Shown here one piece after another: positions 1-10,096 of a DNA stretch of 64,000 bases. The position numbers were made by a program, and so were the translations under genes. Numbering within the stretch: position 1 is the first letter of the stretch; each line of letters opens with the position of its first letter. Location of the stretch: NCBI GenBank assembly GCA_934501435.1, contig CAKSTW010000007.1:1347-65346 (forward strand). Reading direction: 5' to 3'. The notes below the pieces were generated by a model. That model was given only the letters and a program-made list of their open reading frames with translations, made no database searches and was not told where the DNA came from. The stretch is from an uncultured Eubacteriales bacterium (GTDB lineage: Bacteria > Bacillota > Clostridia > Oscillospirales > UBA644).

Positions 1-60
1 TTTCTTCGAGAAACTGCAGGACCCGGAATATTTTCCTTTTCTGGTTAGAGGCTCTCGGCA

Positions 61-696
61 TTATTTATTCTTTTCCTTGAAATTGTAAAAGGCTTCCATA
101 TAGGCTTCGATCACCTTGACGGCGTCCTCGGAGGAAATTTCGCTGCTGTCGATAATGAGGTCGTAATATTTCATATTTCCCCATTCCCACTCGGTATAGT
201 ATCTGTAATATGCGGCGCGGTTTTTGTCCGCTTTTTTCAGGAGTTTTCTTGCCTCATTCTCGTCGATGTTATAATGCTCCGTCGCTCTTTTGATACGGTA
301 TTCGTCGCTTGATTTTATAAAAACGTGAAAGGCGTTCGGATCGTTTCGGAGAACATAGTTCGAGCATCTTCCTATAAAAATACAGCCGCCCTTTTTCGCT
401 TCTTCTTCGATAAAATCGAACTGCGCCTGCGCGACTCTCATTCCTATCGGATAGAGCAGCTCGGGGTCGGAAACATACTGATAGGAAGAGCCTCCCGGAA
501 TACACCAAAGCGGATTTATAGGCTGTTCTTCATGCTCTTCGACAGCCGTCGTCGTGAGGTTGTTTCCCGCCGCGGTGCCGTCGACTATCTTCTTGTCGTA
601 GTAGTGGAGCCCGAGGTGTTCGGCAAGGAGTTTGCCTATTTCGCTGCCTCCGCTCAAAAACTGCCTGCCGATCGTGATGTTGATTTTGTCTTTCAT
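61..696 (-). CDS. cytidylate kinase-like family protein (P-loop NMP-kinase fold)
   Basis: 211-aa ORF. The N-terminal glycine-rich segment ITIGRQFLSGGSEIGKLLAEHLG and overall layout recall the cytidylate-kinase-like family. Overlapping ORFs look like shadow frames. Confidence 0.6.
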   Translation of the reverse strand: MKDKINITIGRQFLSGGSEIGKLLAEHLGLHYYDKKIVDGTAAGNNLTTTAVEEHEEQPINPLWCIPGGSSYQYVSDPELLYPIGMRVAQAQFDFIEEEAKKGGCIFIGRCSNYVLRNDPNAFHVFIKSSDEYRIKRATEHYNIDENEARKLLKKADKNRAAYYRYYTEWEWGNMKYYDLIIDSSEISSEDAVKVIEAYMEAFYNFKEKNK

Positions 697-883
697 AAGT
701 ATGACCTCGCTTTCTGATTATATTTTACCTGTTTTTTTCGCTGCCGTCAATCGGTTCACAAAAAGTTCACATTTTTCTGCGGGTAAATTTCTGACTGAAA
801 ATTGCCGAATACTGTATCTTGACAGAAAATGCCGTTTATGATAAAATTACTGTGTCGAAATTTATCTTTTTGAGGTATATTTT

Positions 884-2077
884 ATGAACGAAGATAATAT
901 TAAAAGATATAAAAGAAAACTTCTGTCGGTTCTTCTGGAAACGTCCGACTCGATGACTTACGACGAGATAGAGTACAAACTTCGCGATATCGAAGTTCCG
1001 TCGGGTTTTCTTAAAAGAATGCTGGAGTCTCTTGAGACCAAGAACATAATCTGCACCGAACCGCATAACGGTGAGAATACATACATCCTGACCCATTTCG
1101 GCCGCCGCCGTCTTACCGTTATAATGCAGCGCAAAAAGGTTCAGAAAGCAGCGCGCCGCCGCAAGACGGCAGGGGGAATAGTCGCGCTTGTTCTTGTGCT
1201 CGGTCTTCTCGGTTGGTGCATATTCTTTGCGGGCAGAGGTTCAACTCCCGTAAAGCCAGATACGAAAGACCCCGAAACAACGCAGACCGACGGAAATTTT
1301 GAGACCCTGACATTCTCTGACGACGATATTTCGGAAGGGTCTCTTATTCTGGTAAACGCTTCAAACGAATATACCCGCACTCCCGACGACCTTGTTTCGG
1401 TTTCCGAAAACGTAAAGGACGTCACCGTTTCTTCGTCGTCCCTTATGCTCCGCAAAGACGCGGCGACAGCCCTGAGCGAGCTTGCCGCGGCGTATAAAGC
1501 GGAGACGGGCAGAACGGATATCCGCGTATATACGGCGTATGTGAGCCGTGAAAAACAGGCGGAGAACTACAACAATGCGGTGCAGTCGCAGGGAGAAGAA
1601 TACGCGGCGGAAAACTACCAGAAAGCGGGTTTTTCCGATAACGAAACGGGCTTTGCCCTTTCTTTCGTAGTTTATGCCGCGGACGAGGACGGCGATTATT
1701 CCGTCACCGCCTTCAACGGTTCGGAGTTCCAGAAATGGGCTGTCGAAAACGCCGCGAAATTCGGTTTTATTCTCCGTTTCCCCGACGGAAAAGAGGGGGT
1801 AACGGGCTTTACCGCGCATAAGTCGTTCTTCCGCTATGTCGGACCCGTCCATGCGACTTATATCGCCGCAAATAATCTTACGCTCGAAGAATACACGGAA
1901 GAACTCAAAACTTCGCATATCGGCGAGAAAAACGCGCTTTCCGTCACGGTCGGCGGCAAGGAATACGAAGTCTATTACGTTGCGGGGCTTTCCGTTCCCG
2001 TTCCGAAAAACGCCGCGTATACCGTTTCGGGGGATAATTCCGGCGGATTTGTGGTGACCGCCGAAAAAGGCGAATAG
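884..2077 (+). CDS. membrane-anchored protein: N-terminal winged-helix-like domain, one TM helix, C-terminal VanY/M15B-like domain with degenerate active site
   Basis: ATG at 884 follows GAGGT. Residues 1-80 look like a wHTH (LLSVLLETSDSMTYDEIEYKL...NIICTE...YILT). The TM segment is IVALVLVLGLLGWCIFFAG. The C-terminus aligns to the VanY family (LILVNASNEY...FGFILRFP...FRYVG), but the metal and catalytic positions are substituted. Confidence 0.75.
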   Translation: MNEDNIKRYKRKLLSVLLETSDSMTYDEIEYKLRDIEVPSGFLKRMLESLETKNIICTEPHNGENTYILTHFGRRRLTVIMQRKKVQKAARRRKTAGGIVALVLVLGLLGWCIFFAGRGSTPVKPDTKDPETTQTDGNFETLTFSDDDISEGSLILVNASNEYTRTPDDLVSVSENVKDVTVSSSSLMLRKDAATALSELAAAYKAETGRTDIRVYTAYVSREKQAENYNNAVQSQGEEYAAENYQKAGFSDNETGFALSFVVYAADEDGDYSVTAFNGSEFQKWAVENAAKFGFILRFPDGKEGVTGFTAHKSFFRYVGPVHATYIAANNLTLEEYTEELKTSHIGEKNALSVTVGGKEYEVYYVAGLSVPVPKNAAYTVSGDNSGGFVVTAEKGE

Positions 2078-2079
2078 AA

Positions 2080-2388
2080 ATGAATATAACGGAATTCGAC
2101 GAGACCGTATACGATATAGTGCGTTCCGTGCCCGTGGGTAAGGTCGTCAGATACGGAGATATCGCGAAGGCTATCGGAAAAAAGTGCAGCAGAGCGGTCG
2201 GCAATTCTCTGCATAAAAATCCTTATTTCGGAGACGTGCCCTGTCACAGAGTCGTTTCGGGAGAAGGCAGACTTGCCGAAAAATTTTCTTTCGACGGTAT
2301 CAAAAAACAGCAGGAAATGCTTGAAAAAGAGGGCGTCGAAGTCGTCGACGGAAAAGTCGATCTGAAAAAATATCTTTTTGAATTGTAA
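2080..2388 (+). CDS. MGMT-family (methylated-DNA-protein-cysteine methyltransferase DNA-binding domain) protein
   Basis: 102 aa with the VPCHRVV active-site motif. Starts 2 nt after the preceding stop. Confidence 0.75.
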   Translation: MNITEFDETVYDIVRSVPVGKVVRYGDIAKAIGKKCSRAVGNSLHKNPYFGDVPCHRVVSGEGRLAEKFSFDGIKKQQEMLEKEGVEVVDGKVDLKKYLFEL

Positions 2389-2399
2389 TCGGAGGAAAA

Positions 2400-3290
2400 A
2401 TGGTACAGGTTCTATACAATCCGCTGTCAAATAACGGAAAGGGCGGAGAAGCGGTCGAAAAATTGACGCCGCTTTTCCCCGATAAAAAGGTCTCCTTTTC
2501 AGATATCACAAAAATAGACGGCATGAAAAATTTCATTTCGGGGCTTGATAAAGAAGACAAACTCATAATCACGGGCGGCGACGGAACGGTCAATCATTTT
2601 ATAAACGACCTTGACGGAGAATGTCCCGAAAGAGATATTTTTTATTATCCGATGGGCTCCGGAAACGACTTTTTCAACGATATAAAGGAAAAAGCGAAGA
2701 ACGGGTTTGTCCGTCTCAACGAATACCTGAAAGACCTTCCCGTAATAACCGTAAAAGGCAGAACTTCGTTTTTCCTTAACGGAATAGGCTACGGAATAGA
2801 CGGTTACTGCTGCGAAGAGGGGGACAGGCAGCGCGCCCGCTCTTCAAAAAAGATAAACTATACCGCCATCGCGCTCAAAGGCCTGCTGTTTTTTTATCAT
2901 CCGACGAACGCTGTGATAACCGTTGACGGAAAAGAACATAAATTCGGGAGAGTCTTTCTTGCTCCGACAATGAACGGCAGATTTTTCGGAGGCGGAATGA
3001 TGATAGCGCCCGAACAGGACAGACTCAATAAGGAAAGGACCGTCACGGTCTCGGTCGCCCACGATACGAACAAATTCAATATTCTGCGCGTTTTTCCGTC
3101 GATATTCAAGGGCGCGCATGTCAAATATAAGAAGATATTCGCGTCTTTTGTCGGCAAAGACATCACCGTGAAGTTCGACCGTCCGACGGCGCTCCAGATA
3201 GACGGAGAGACCGTTACGGGCGTTTCGGAATATTCCGTAAAAGCGGGAAAACTTATGAAAGAAAGAGAAAAACCGCCCATCCTCGTATGA
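2400..3290 (+). CDS. diacylglycerol/lipid kinase family protein (YegS/BmrU type)
   Basis: 296 aa. Has the GGDGT motif (IITGGDGTVNHFIN) and a downstream GSGNDF motif. Confidence 0.8.
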   Translation: MVQVLYNPLSNNGKGGEAVEKLTPLFPDKKVSFSDITKIDGMKNFISGLDKEDKLIITGGDGTVNHFINDLDGECPERDIFYYPMGSGNDFFNDIKEKAKNGFVRLNEYLKDLPVITVKGRTSFFLNGIGYGIDGYCCEEGDRQRARSSKKINYTAIALKGLLFFYHPTNAVITVDGKEHKFGRVFLAPTMNGRFFGGGMMIAPEQDRLNKERTVTVSVAHDTNKFNILRVFPSIFKGAHVKYKKIFASFVGKDITVKFDRPTALQIDGETVTGVSEYSVKAGKLMKEREKPPILV

Positions 3291-3399
3291 AAACCGCAGT
3301 CCCCGATATTTTTCGGGGTCTTTTTGTTGAAAATCTGCTTGATTTTCGTAGTTTATTATGCTATACTGTTTTCCGAAATAGATAAAAAGGGGATTTGTT

Positions 3400-4758
3400 A
3401 TGCGAATAGTAGTTGCCGGGTGCGGTAAAATAGGCGTTTCGGTCATTGCAAGCCTTGCCGCCGAAGGACACGACGTCGTCGCCGTTGATTCGGACGACGC
3501 GGTGGTCGATGAGATAAACAATATTTACGATGTCATAGGCGTTATAGGAAATTCCGTCGACTGCGACGTTCTTTCGGAGGCGGAAGTGTCGCGCGCCGAG
3601 ATGTTCATTGCGACGACGGGCTCTGACGAACTCAATATGCTCAGTTGTTTTCTTGCAAAAAAAATGGGCGCGAAACATACCGTCGCCCGTATAAGAAACC
3701 CCGAATACAACGAAAAAAGTCTCGGTTTTATGCGTCACGAACTCGGACTTTCGCTTGCCATAAACCCCGAAAGACTTGCGGCGCAGGAACTCTTCAACGT
3801 CCTTAAACTTCCGTATGCCGCAAAGATAGAAACTTTCTCGCGCGGAAATTTCGAAATGGTCGAGATAAAACTGAAAAAAGACAGCCCGCTCTGCGGAAAA
3901 AATCTTGCGGAACTGCGCGGAAGATACAAGTCTCAGTTTATAATCTGCACCGTTCAGCGCGGCAAGGACGTATATATCCCCGACGGAAACTTTACGCTGG
4001 CGGAGGGCGACAAGGTCGGCATTACCGCGTCTCCCGTTGAGATAGGCAGGTTCTTCAAAGAACTCGGAATAATGCAGAAACAGGCGAAAAACATTATTCT
4101 TCTCGGCGGAAGCCGCATTGCGTATTACCTTGCGAAAATGCTTACTTCAAGCGGAAGCAGTGTTAAAATAATAGAACAGGACAAAACCCTATGCGACGAA
4201 ATATGCGAGGGCGTTCCTAAAGCGCTTGTAATAAACGCCGACGGCGCTCAGCAGGAAGTCCTCATGGAAGAGGGGCTCAAAAACTGCGACGCATTCGTCA
4301 CCCTTACGGGAAACGACGAGTCCAATGTTCTGCTTTCGATATTCGCGGCGTCTCAGAACGTCCCGAAAGTCATTGCAAAAATAAGCCGCACGGAACTTGA
4401 GGGAATGGCTGAAAATCTGGGGCTTGACTGCGTTGTCTCCCCGCGCAAAACGGTAGCCGACATAATCGTGAGATATGCCCGCGCGCTTAAAAATTCGCTC
4501 GGAAGCAAGGTCGAAACGCTTTACAAACTTTCCGACGGCGCTGCCGAGGCTCTTGAATTCACCGTCGGTCAGGACTTCCGTTCGGGCGGAATTCCCCTTA
4601 AAAACCTGCATCTGAAATCAAATATTCTTATCGCGGGAATTATCCGCGGAAGAAAGCCCATCGTTCCCGCCGGCGACGACGTCATTCTGCCCGGCGACAG
4701 CGTGGTCGTCATCTCCGCAAAACACCGGCTTGACGATCTTTCCGATATTCTGAAATAA
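3400..4758 (+). CDS. trkA: Trk potassium uptake system protein TrkA (two RCK/NAD-binding repeats)
   Basis: 452 aa. Starts MRIVVAGCGKIG (Rossmann fold) and has a second repeat IILLGGSRIAYYLA. Adjacent to trkH. Confidence 0.9.
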   Translation: MRIVVAGCGKIGVSVIASLAAEGHDVVAVDSDDAVVDEINNIYDVIGVIGNSVDCDVLSEAEVSRAEMFIATTGSDELNMLSCFLAKKMGAKHTVARIRNPEYNEKSLGFMRHELGLSLAINPERLAAQELFNVLKLPYAAKIETFSRGNFEMVEIKLKKDSPLCGKNLAELRGRYKSQFIICTVQRGKDVYIPDGNFTLAEGDKVGITASPVEIGRFFKELGIMQKQAKNIILLGGSRIAYYLAKMLTSSGSSVKIIEQDKTLCDEICEGVPKALVINADGAQQEVLMEEGLKNCDAFVTLTGNDESNVLLSIFAASQNVPKVIAKISRTELEGMAENLGLDCVVSPRKTVADIIVRYARALKNSLGSKVETLYKLSDGAAEALEFTVGQDFRSGGIPLKNLHLKSNILIAGIIRGRKPIVPAGDDVILPGDSVVVISAKHRLDDLSDILK

Positions 4759-4776
4759 TTTCCGAGAGGCTGTTTT

Positions 4777-6222
4777 ATGAATCGCAAAATGATATTTAAT
4801 ACCGTCGGAAAAATCACCGTTCTTGAGGCTCTGCTGCTTCTTCTTCCGGCGCTTGTCTCTCTGCTTTATCGTGAAAGCTGCGTTTTCTCCATTCTTATAG
4901 CAGCGGCGGTTTCGGCGGCTGTCGGGGGTCTTTTGCTTCTGGTCTCAAAACCGAAAGACAGGGAAATATACGCCAAGGACGGTTTTGTCATTACGGCGCT
5001 TGCATGGATAATCCTTTCGGCTGTCGGCGCGCTGCCGTTCTTTATAAGCGGAGAAATTCCGAATTATATCGACGCGTTTTTCGAAACGGTCAGCGGCTTT
5101 ACGACGACGGGCGCGTCTATTCTTACCGACGTCGAAAAAATGAGCCGCGGGCTCCTTTTCTGGAGAAGTTTCACCCACTGGATAGGCGGTATGGGAGTGC
5201 TTGTCCTGATGGTCGCGCTTTTTCCGTCCGATTCGGGGCGAAGCATACATATTTTAAGGGCTGAAATGCCCGGACCTATCGTCGGAAAACTCGTTCCGAA
5301 AGCAAAAAACACTGCGAAGATACTGTATCTTATTTATATAGTGCTTACCGCCGTTCAGATTATCATTCTTTTTGTGGGCGGTATGCCGTTTTTCGACAGC
5401 GTCGTTCTGACGTTCGGGACTGCGGGTACGGGAGGCTTCGGAGTGCGAGCCGACAGTATCGCGTCGTACAGCCCGTATCTTCAGAACGTTATCACCGTGT
5501 TTATGGTGCTTTTCGGCATCAATTTCAATATTTTCTATCTGATTCTTATCCGCCGCGTAAAGTCCGTTTTCAAAAATACCGAACTCTGGTGCTATCTCGG
5601 ACTTTTCGTCTTTGCCTCCGCTCTGATAGCGATAAACATTTATCCGATGTACGGTTCCGTTGAGGAAGCCGTCCGTCTTTCGGCTTTTCAGACCGCGTCC
5701 ATTATGTCGACTACGGGTTATGCGACCGCGAATTTCGATCTGTGGCCGGGACTTTCAAGGGCGGTGCTTCTTTTGCTGATGTTTATAGGCGCGTCGGCGG
5801 GTTCGACTGCGGGAGGGCTTAAAGTTTCCCGCGTTATAATGCTTTTCAAAACGATGCGAAAAGATCTGAAATACCGTCTCCACCCCAAGACCGTAAGCGT
5901 CGTCCGCTATGAGGGAAAAGCCCTCGATAAGGCGACGGTCCTCGGCGTCGGTTCGTATTTTATACTCTACGCAGTTCTTTTCGTTCTTGTATTTTTTATT
6001 CTGTCTTTTGAGCCGTTTTCGATGGAAACGAACATCTCGGCGGCGGCAAGCTGTATAAACAACGTCGGTCCGGGACTCGGAAGCGTAGGTCCCGCATTAA
6101 GTTACGCGGGGTATTCGTGGTTTTCGAAAATAGTTCTTTCCCTTGCAATGCTTTTCGGCCGTCTCGAACTTTACCCGATGCTTTTCCTTCTTACTCCGAC
6201 CGTTTGGAAGAAAAATTCATAA
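4777..6222 (+). CDS. trkH: TrkH-family potassium transporter
   Basis: 481-aa polytopic membrane protein with TrkH-type selectivity loops (TTTGAS, GTGGFG, STTGYAT, STAGGLK). Confidence 0.9.
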   Translation: MNRKMIFNTVGKITVLEALLLLLPALVSLLYRESCVFSILIAAAVSAAVGGLLLLVSKPKDREIYAKDGFVITALAWIILSAVGALPFFISGEIPNYIDAFFETVSGFTTTGASILTDVEKMSRGLLFWRSFTHWIGGMGVLVLMVALFPSDSGRSIHILRAEMPGPIVGKLVPKAKNTAKILYLIYIVLTAVQIIILFVGGMPFFDSVVLTFGTAGTGGFGVRADSIASYSPYLQNVITVFMVLFGINFNIFYLILIRRVKSVFKNTELWCYLGLFVFASALIAINIYPMYGSVEEAVRLSAFQTASIMSTTGYATANFDLWPGLSRAVLLLLMFIGASAGSTAGGLKVSRVIMLFKTMRKDLKYRLHPKTVSVVRYEGKALDKATVLGVGSYFILYAVLFVLVFFILSFEPFSMETNISAAASCINNVGPGLGSVGPALSYAGYSWFSKIVLSLAMLFGRLELYPMLFLLTPTVWKKNS

Positions 6223-6227
6223 AAAAA

Positions 6228-6252
6228 AGACCTCGTTTTGAGGTCTTTTTTT
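6228..6252. terminator. bidirectional intrinsic terminator between convergent trkH and the CDP-alcohol transferase gene
   Basis: Hairpin AGACCTC-gtttt-GAGGTCT, flanked by an A-run on the left and a T-run on the right. Confidence 0.6.
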
Positions 6253-6815
6253 CAGTTTATTTTTTTAATATCAAAAACAGATTTTACTCTTCGGTTGTAT
6301 TCCTTTGTGAAAACGTGGATAATGAGTTCCTCGGTCGATGCAACAAACGCTATTATGCATACGGCGAAAGAATAAGGGGTTCCGAAAGAAAAGGCAAAGG
6401 CATAGGGAAGTCCGAAAACGCCCGCACCGGTAAGTTTGTTGAGCCATGTGTGTATCGCCGCGAAACGTTTGTATTTTATCGCCGCGGTGACGTACGCCGC
6501 AATGCGGATAACAAGGATGGCGGCGACTCCGTACCATATTATACCGGGAAGCGTCTTTATAAGGGTCGGCAGCATTTTTACTATCATTACCCCGTAGAAA
6601 ACAAGGTCGGAAATGCTGTCGAGGGTCGCCCCGAAATCGCTCGACTTTCCGAATTTTCGCGCGATCGTCCCGTCGACGACGTCGGAAATTCCCGCAACCG
6701 TGTAAATTACGAGAAACCATACCGTTTCAAGCGGAATAAATATAAGAATGAGACAGGCGACTATTCTTAAAGAAGTTACCGTATCTGCAAGATTCCATTT
6801 ATGCTTTTCTTTCAA
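6252..6815 (-). CDS. CDP-alcohol phosphatidyltransferase family protein
   Basis: 187 aa. Has the family signature DVVDGTIARKFGKSSDFGATLDSISD (D-G-x2-A-R-x8-G-x3-D-x3-D). Confidence 0.8.
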   Translation of the reverse strand: MKEKHKWNLADTVTSLRIVACLILIFIPLETVWFLVIYTVAGISDVVDGTIARKFGKSSDFGATLDSISDLVFYGVMIVKMLPTLIKTLPGIIWYGVAAILVIRIAAYVTAAIKYKRFAAIHTWLNKLTGAGVFGLPYAFAFSFGTPYSFAVCIIAFVASTEELIIHVFTKEYNRRVKSVFDIKKIN

Positions 6816-7027
6816 GTTTTTTCCTCTTTTTGCGGCTGTTTTTTTTCGAAAACGACCGTCTGTTCTTTCATTGATATTTTTACTGAATATCCCGTCAACT
6901 CCTTTTTATACCGTAAAAAAGAGTGGTCGAGCGGAATTCCGGCGATCTTCCCGATCTCTTCAAAGGTGAGAACAGTTTTATCTTTTCCGTTTTTTTCTAT
7001 ATAATCAAATAAGACCGAATATTTCAT
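6812..7027 (-). CDS. small hypothetical protein, translationally coupled to the downstream transferase
   Basis: 71-aa ORF with a 4-nt overlap with the 6252-6815 gene. No family recognised. Confidence 0.45.
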   Translation of the reverse strand: MKYSVLFDYIEKNGKDKTVLTFEEIGKIAGIPLDHSFLRYKKELTGYSVKISMKEQTVVFEKKQPQKEEKT

Positions 7028-7077
7028 ATTTCGACCTCCACTGTATTATAACCGACGAACAGTAAAATGTCAAGGGG

Positions 7078-7401
7078 TCAGAATACGACCTGAACGAGAA
7101 TCATATAAAGGACCGTTCCCGAAATTATCGAAAGGAACGTGTTATGTTTCCATTTGTGCAGCAGCGCCACCGCCGCTATCGCTGTCGCTTCGGGAATTCC
7201 GTAGGGATATTTGATAAACGAAACGCCTTTAAGACAGTAAACGACGAGCATTCCCATAAGCGCGAAAGGCAGGACTTTTCCGAGATATTCGACGGGTTTC
7301 GGCACTTTTTTCGTAAAAAGCAGGAACGGAAAAAATCGGATGAGCGCCGTGACGACAGCCATTATCGCTATTGTTATGATTATGTAACTATTCGACGGCA
7401 T
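7078..7401 (-). CDS. azlD: AzlD-family branched-chain amino acid transport protein
   Basis: 107-aa hydrophobic protein that overlaps the end of azlC, the usual azlCD arrangement. Confidence 0.75.
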   Translation of the reverse strand: MPSNSYIIITIAIMAVVTALIRFFPFLLFTKKVPKPVEYLGKVLPFALMGMLVVYCLKGVSFIKYPYGIPEATAIAAVALLHKWKHNTFLSIISGTVLYMILVQVVF

Positions 7402-8092
7402 CTTTTTTCTCCTCCTTTATTATGAAACGTTTTTCCGCAAAGAGGAGAACCGCTATCGCGATCATCGACGGGATAAGAAAATTTTCCGAACCGAAAATGA
7501 GCAGACAGACCGCCGTTACCGCAACGCCCGTTATCGCGGGTAGATGATTTTCGGCTTTTTCCCACTGTTCGACGAAGATAATAACGAAAAGCGCCGTCAT
7601 CGAGAACTCGACGCCCGTGGTGTCAAAGGGAAGAGCCGTCCCGATAAGCGCGCCGAGGGTCGAACCGATTATCCAGTAAGACTGATTGAGCGCCGAAAGG
7701 GTGAGAAAATATTTTTTTCTGTCGATATCGTCGGGAAGCCACGGCGAACATACGAGCGAAAACGTTTCGTCGGTAAGGGAAAAAATGAGGTAAGGTTTTG
7801 CCTTTCCCATGCCCTTGTAACGCCGGAGCATCGAAATGCCGTAAAAAAGATGTCTTATATTTACCATTAAGGTCATTATCGCGGTCGTTACAAAAGAAGC
7901 GCCGCCCGAAAGCAGGTCGACCGCGACATACTGCATCGAACCCGCATATATCGTGAGGCTCATAACGGGAGCCCACCACCATGCAAAGCCCTTGCTCTGG
8001 AGCAGTATCCCGAACCCCGCACCGAGAACGAGATATCCCGCCATTATCGGCAGCGAGGCTTTGAACGCCGCCCTGAAAGTTCTGTTTTTCAT
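7388..8092 (-). CDS. azlC: AzlC-family branched-chain amino acid permease component
   Basis: 234-aa membrane protein with an AzlC-like N-terminus (FKASLPIMAGYLVLGAGFGIL). Confidence 0.85.
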   Translation of the reverse strand: MKNRTFRAAFKASLPIMAGYLVLGAGFGILLQSKGFAWWWAPVMSLTIYAGSMQYVAVDLLSGGASFVTTAIMTLMVNIRHLFYGISMLRRYKGMGKAKPYLIFSLTDETFSLVCSPWLPDDIDRKKYFLTLSALNQSYWIIGSTLGALIGTALPFDTTGVEFSMTALFVIIFVEQWEKAENHLPAITGVAVTAVCLLIFGSENFLIPSMIAIAVLLFAEKRFIIKEEKKDAVE

Positions 8093-8103
8093 ATTCTTCT
8101 GTC

Positions 8104-8180
8104 TAAAAAAAACGGGGAAGTATCGGCTGAAGGCTGATAAGGAATTATTGCTCCCTTACCGGTCATCAGTCTTTCCCCGT
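8104..8180 (-). terminator. long-stem intrinsic terminator downstream of typA
   Basis: Outer stem ACGGGGAAG (8112-8120) pairs with CTTTCCCCGT (8171-8180). On the minus strand it is followed by a T-run. Confidence 0.55.
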
Positions 8181-8186
8181 TTTTCT

Positions 8187-10007
8187 TTATTTTTCGTTTC
8201 TCATCAGTATTTTCATTCTTGTTGCGTGGTCGAGAATTTTCTTTCTCAGTCTTATCGTCTTCGGCGTAACTTCGAGAATTTCGTCGTCGGCGAGGAATTC
8301 GAGCGCCTGTTCAAGGCTGAATTTTCTCGGCGGAACAAGCCGCAGGGCGTCGTCGTGACCCGACGAACGGATAGCGGTCATGTGCTTTTTCTTGCAGACG
8401 TTTACCGTTATATCGTTGCTTCTTAAAGATTCTCCGACTATCATTCCCGCATATACTTCGGTCTGCGGATCTATGAACATCGGACCCGAATCCTGCGAAT
8501 TGAAAATTCCGTAGGTCGTCGCCTCACCCGTTTCGTAAGCGACGAGCGACCCGTTTGCGCGGCGCGGAATTTCTCCTCTGAACGGCTGATAACTGTCGAA
8601 GATCGAGTTCATAACGCCCTCGCCCTTGGTATCCGTTAAGAATTCGTTCTTATAACCGAAAAGACCTCTTTCGGGGACGATAAATTCAAGACGCGTACGG
8701 GAACCGATTTTTGACATGTGCTGAAGTTCGCCTTTGCGTATTCCCATTTTGGACATTACGGCGCCCGTCGAGTCGTCGGGAACGTCGACGATAAGTCTTT
8801 CCATAGGTTCGCACATAACGCCGTCTATTTCTTTCATGAGAACTCTCGGCGTGCTTACCTGAAATTCATATCCCTCTCTTCTCATCGTTTCAATGAGAAT
8901 GGAAAGGTGCATTTCGCCTCTGCCCGAAACCTTGAACGCCTCGGTGGTGTCGGTGTCGGAAACGCGGAGCGAAACGTCCTTGAGAATTTCCTTATAAAGT
9001 CTGTCGCGCAGGTTTCTCGAGGTGACGAATTTCCCCTCTCTGCCTGCAAAGGGGCTGTCGTTTACCATAAAGGTCATTTCCATTGTCGGTTCGGAAATTT
9101 TGACGAAAGGCAGCGGTTCGGGGGTCTCGACGTCGCATATAGTATCTCCTATCGTAACGTCTTCAATACCCGAAACGCAGATTATCTCGCCTATCGACGC
9201 CTCAGTGACGGGGACTCTCTGCAGACCTTCGAATTTATAGATGTTTACCGCTTTCGCCTTGTGAAGAGGTCTGTCTTCGTGGTAGTCGGTAAGCATTATT
9301 TCCTGCCCCTGCTTTATCGTTCCTCTTTCGATACGTCCGACGGCGATACGTCCGACATAGTCGTTATAATCTATCGACGAGACGAGCATCTGCAAAGGCG
9401 CGTCGGGGTCTCCTTCGGGGGGATCTATATAGTTTACTATCGTGTCGAAAAGCGGCTGGAGATTTTCGCTGCATTCGGGAGTCAGTCCCGCAATACCCTG
9501 TCTTGCCGAAGCAAAAATGACGGGGGAATCGAGTTGTTCGTCGGTCGCGTCAAGGTCGAGAAGAAGTTCGAGTATTTCGTCAACGACCTCCGTCGGTCTT
9601 GCGTCGGGTCTGTCGATCTTATTTACGACGATTATGACCTTGTGGCCGAGTTCGAGCGCTCTCTGCAGAACGAATCTTGTCTGCGGCATGGGTCCTTCGA
9701 ACGCGTCGACGAGCAGCAGAACTCCGTCGACCATCTTTAAGATACGTTCGACCTCTCCTCCGAAGTCGGCGTGACCCGGGGTGTCGACAATGTTTATTTT
9801 TACGTCTTTATACTGTACCGCGGTGTTCTTTGCAAGGATGGTTATTCCTCTTTCGCGTTCGAGGTCGTTCGAGTCCATAACTCTGTCGTTTACGACCTGA
9901 TTCTCTCTGAAAACGCCGCTCTGTTTGAGCATTTCGTCAACAAGCGTCGTCTTGCCGTGGTCAACGTGCGCGATTATCGCGACGTTCCTTAAATTTTTAC
10001 AGATCAA
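8187..10007 (-). CDS. typA: translational GTPase TypA/BipA
   Basis: 606 aa. Has the G1 motif [23 protein letters not shown] and NKID. Apparent TTG start preceded by GGAAGGA. Confidence 0.95.
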   Translation of the reverse strand: MICKNLRNVAIIAHVDHGKTTLVDEMLKQSGVFRENQVVNDRVMDSNDLERERGITILAKNTAVQYKDVKINIVDTPGHADFGGEVERILKMVDGVLLLVDAFEGPMPQTRFVLQRALELGHKVIIVVNKIDRPDARPTEVVDEILELLLDLDATDEQLDSPVIFASARQGIAGLTPECSENLQPLFDTIVNYIDPPEGDPDAPLQMLVSSIDYNDYVGRIAVGRIERGTIKQGQEIMLTDYHEDRPLHKAKAVNIYKFEGLQRVPVTEASIGEIICVSGIEDVTIGDTICDVETPEPLPFVKISEPTMEMTFMVNDSPFAGREGKFVTSRNLRDRLYKEILKDVSLRVSDTDTTEAFKVSGRGEMHLSILIETMRREGYEFQVSTPRVLMKEIDGVMCEPMERLIVDVPDDSTGAVMSKMGIRKGELQHMSKIGSRTRLEFIVPERGLFGYKNEFLTDTKGEGVMNSIFDSYQPFRGEIPRRANGSLVAYETGEATTYGIFNSQDSGPMFIDPQTEVYAGMIVGESLRSNDITVNVCKKKHMTAIRSSGHDDALRLVPPRKFSLEQALEFLADDEILEVTPKTIRLRKKILDHATRMKILMRNEK

Positions 10008-10096
10008 GGTGATTTTCCTTCCCTTATACTAAGATTTATCCAACTTAATCATTTTATTACCGCAAAAAGCGACTGTCAAGGTTTTTTTCAATAATT

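Noticed and set aside
1-60. A possible partial gene at the left edge of the window.
   Set aside because: Only 60 nt are available, with no start, stop or motif, so it cannot be supported.
8131-8170. A shared hairpin motif, GGCTGATAAGGAA... at 8131-8170 and GG(C/A)CTGATA(A)GGAA at 28957-28993, as a possible REP-like repeat family.
   Set aside because: There are only two copies in 64 kb. The shared core is about 13 nt and the rest differs, and both function plausibly as ordinary terminator stems. That is too little evidence for a repeat family.
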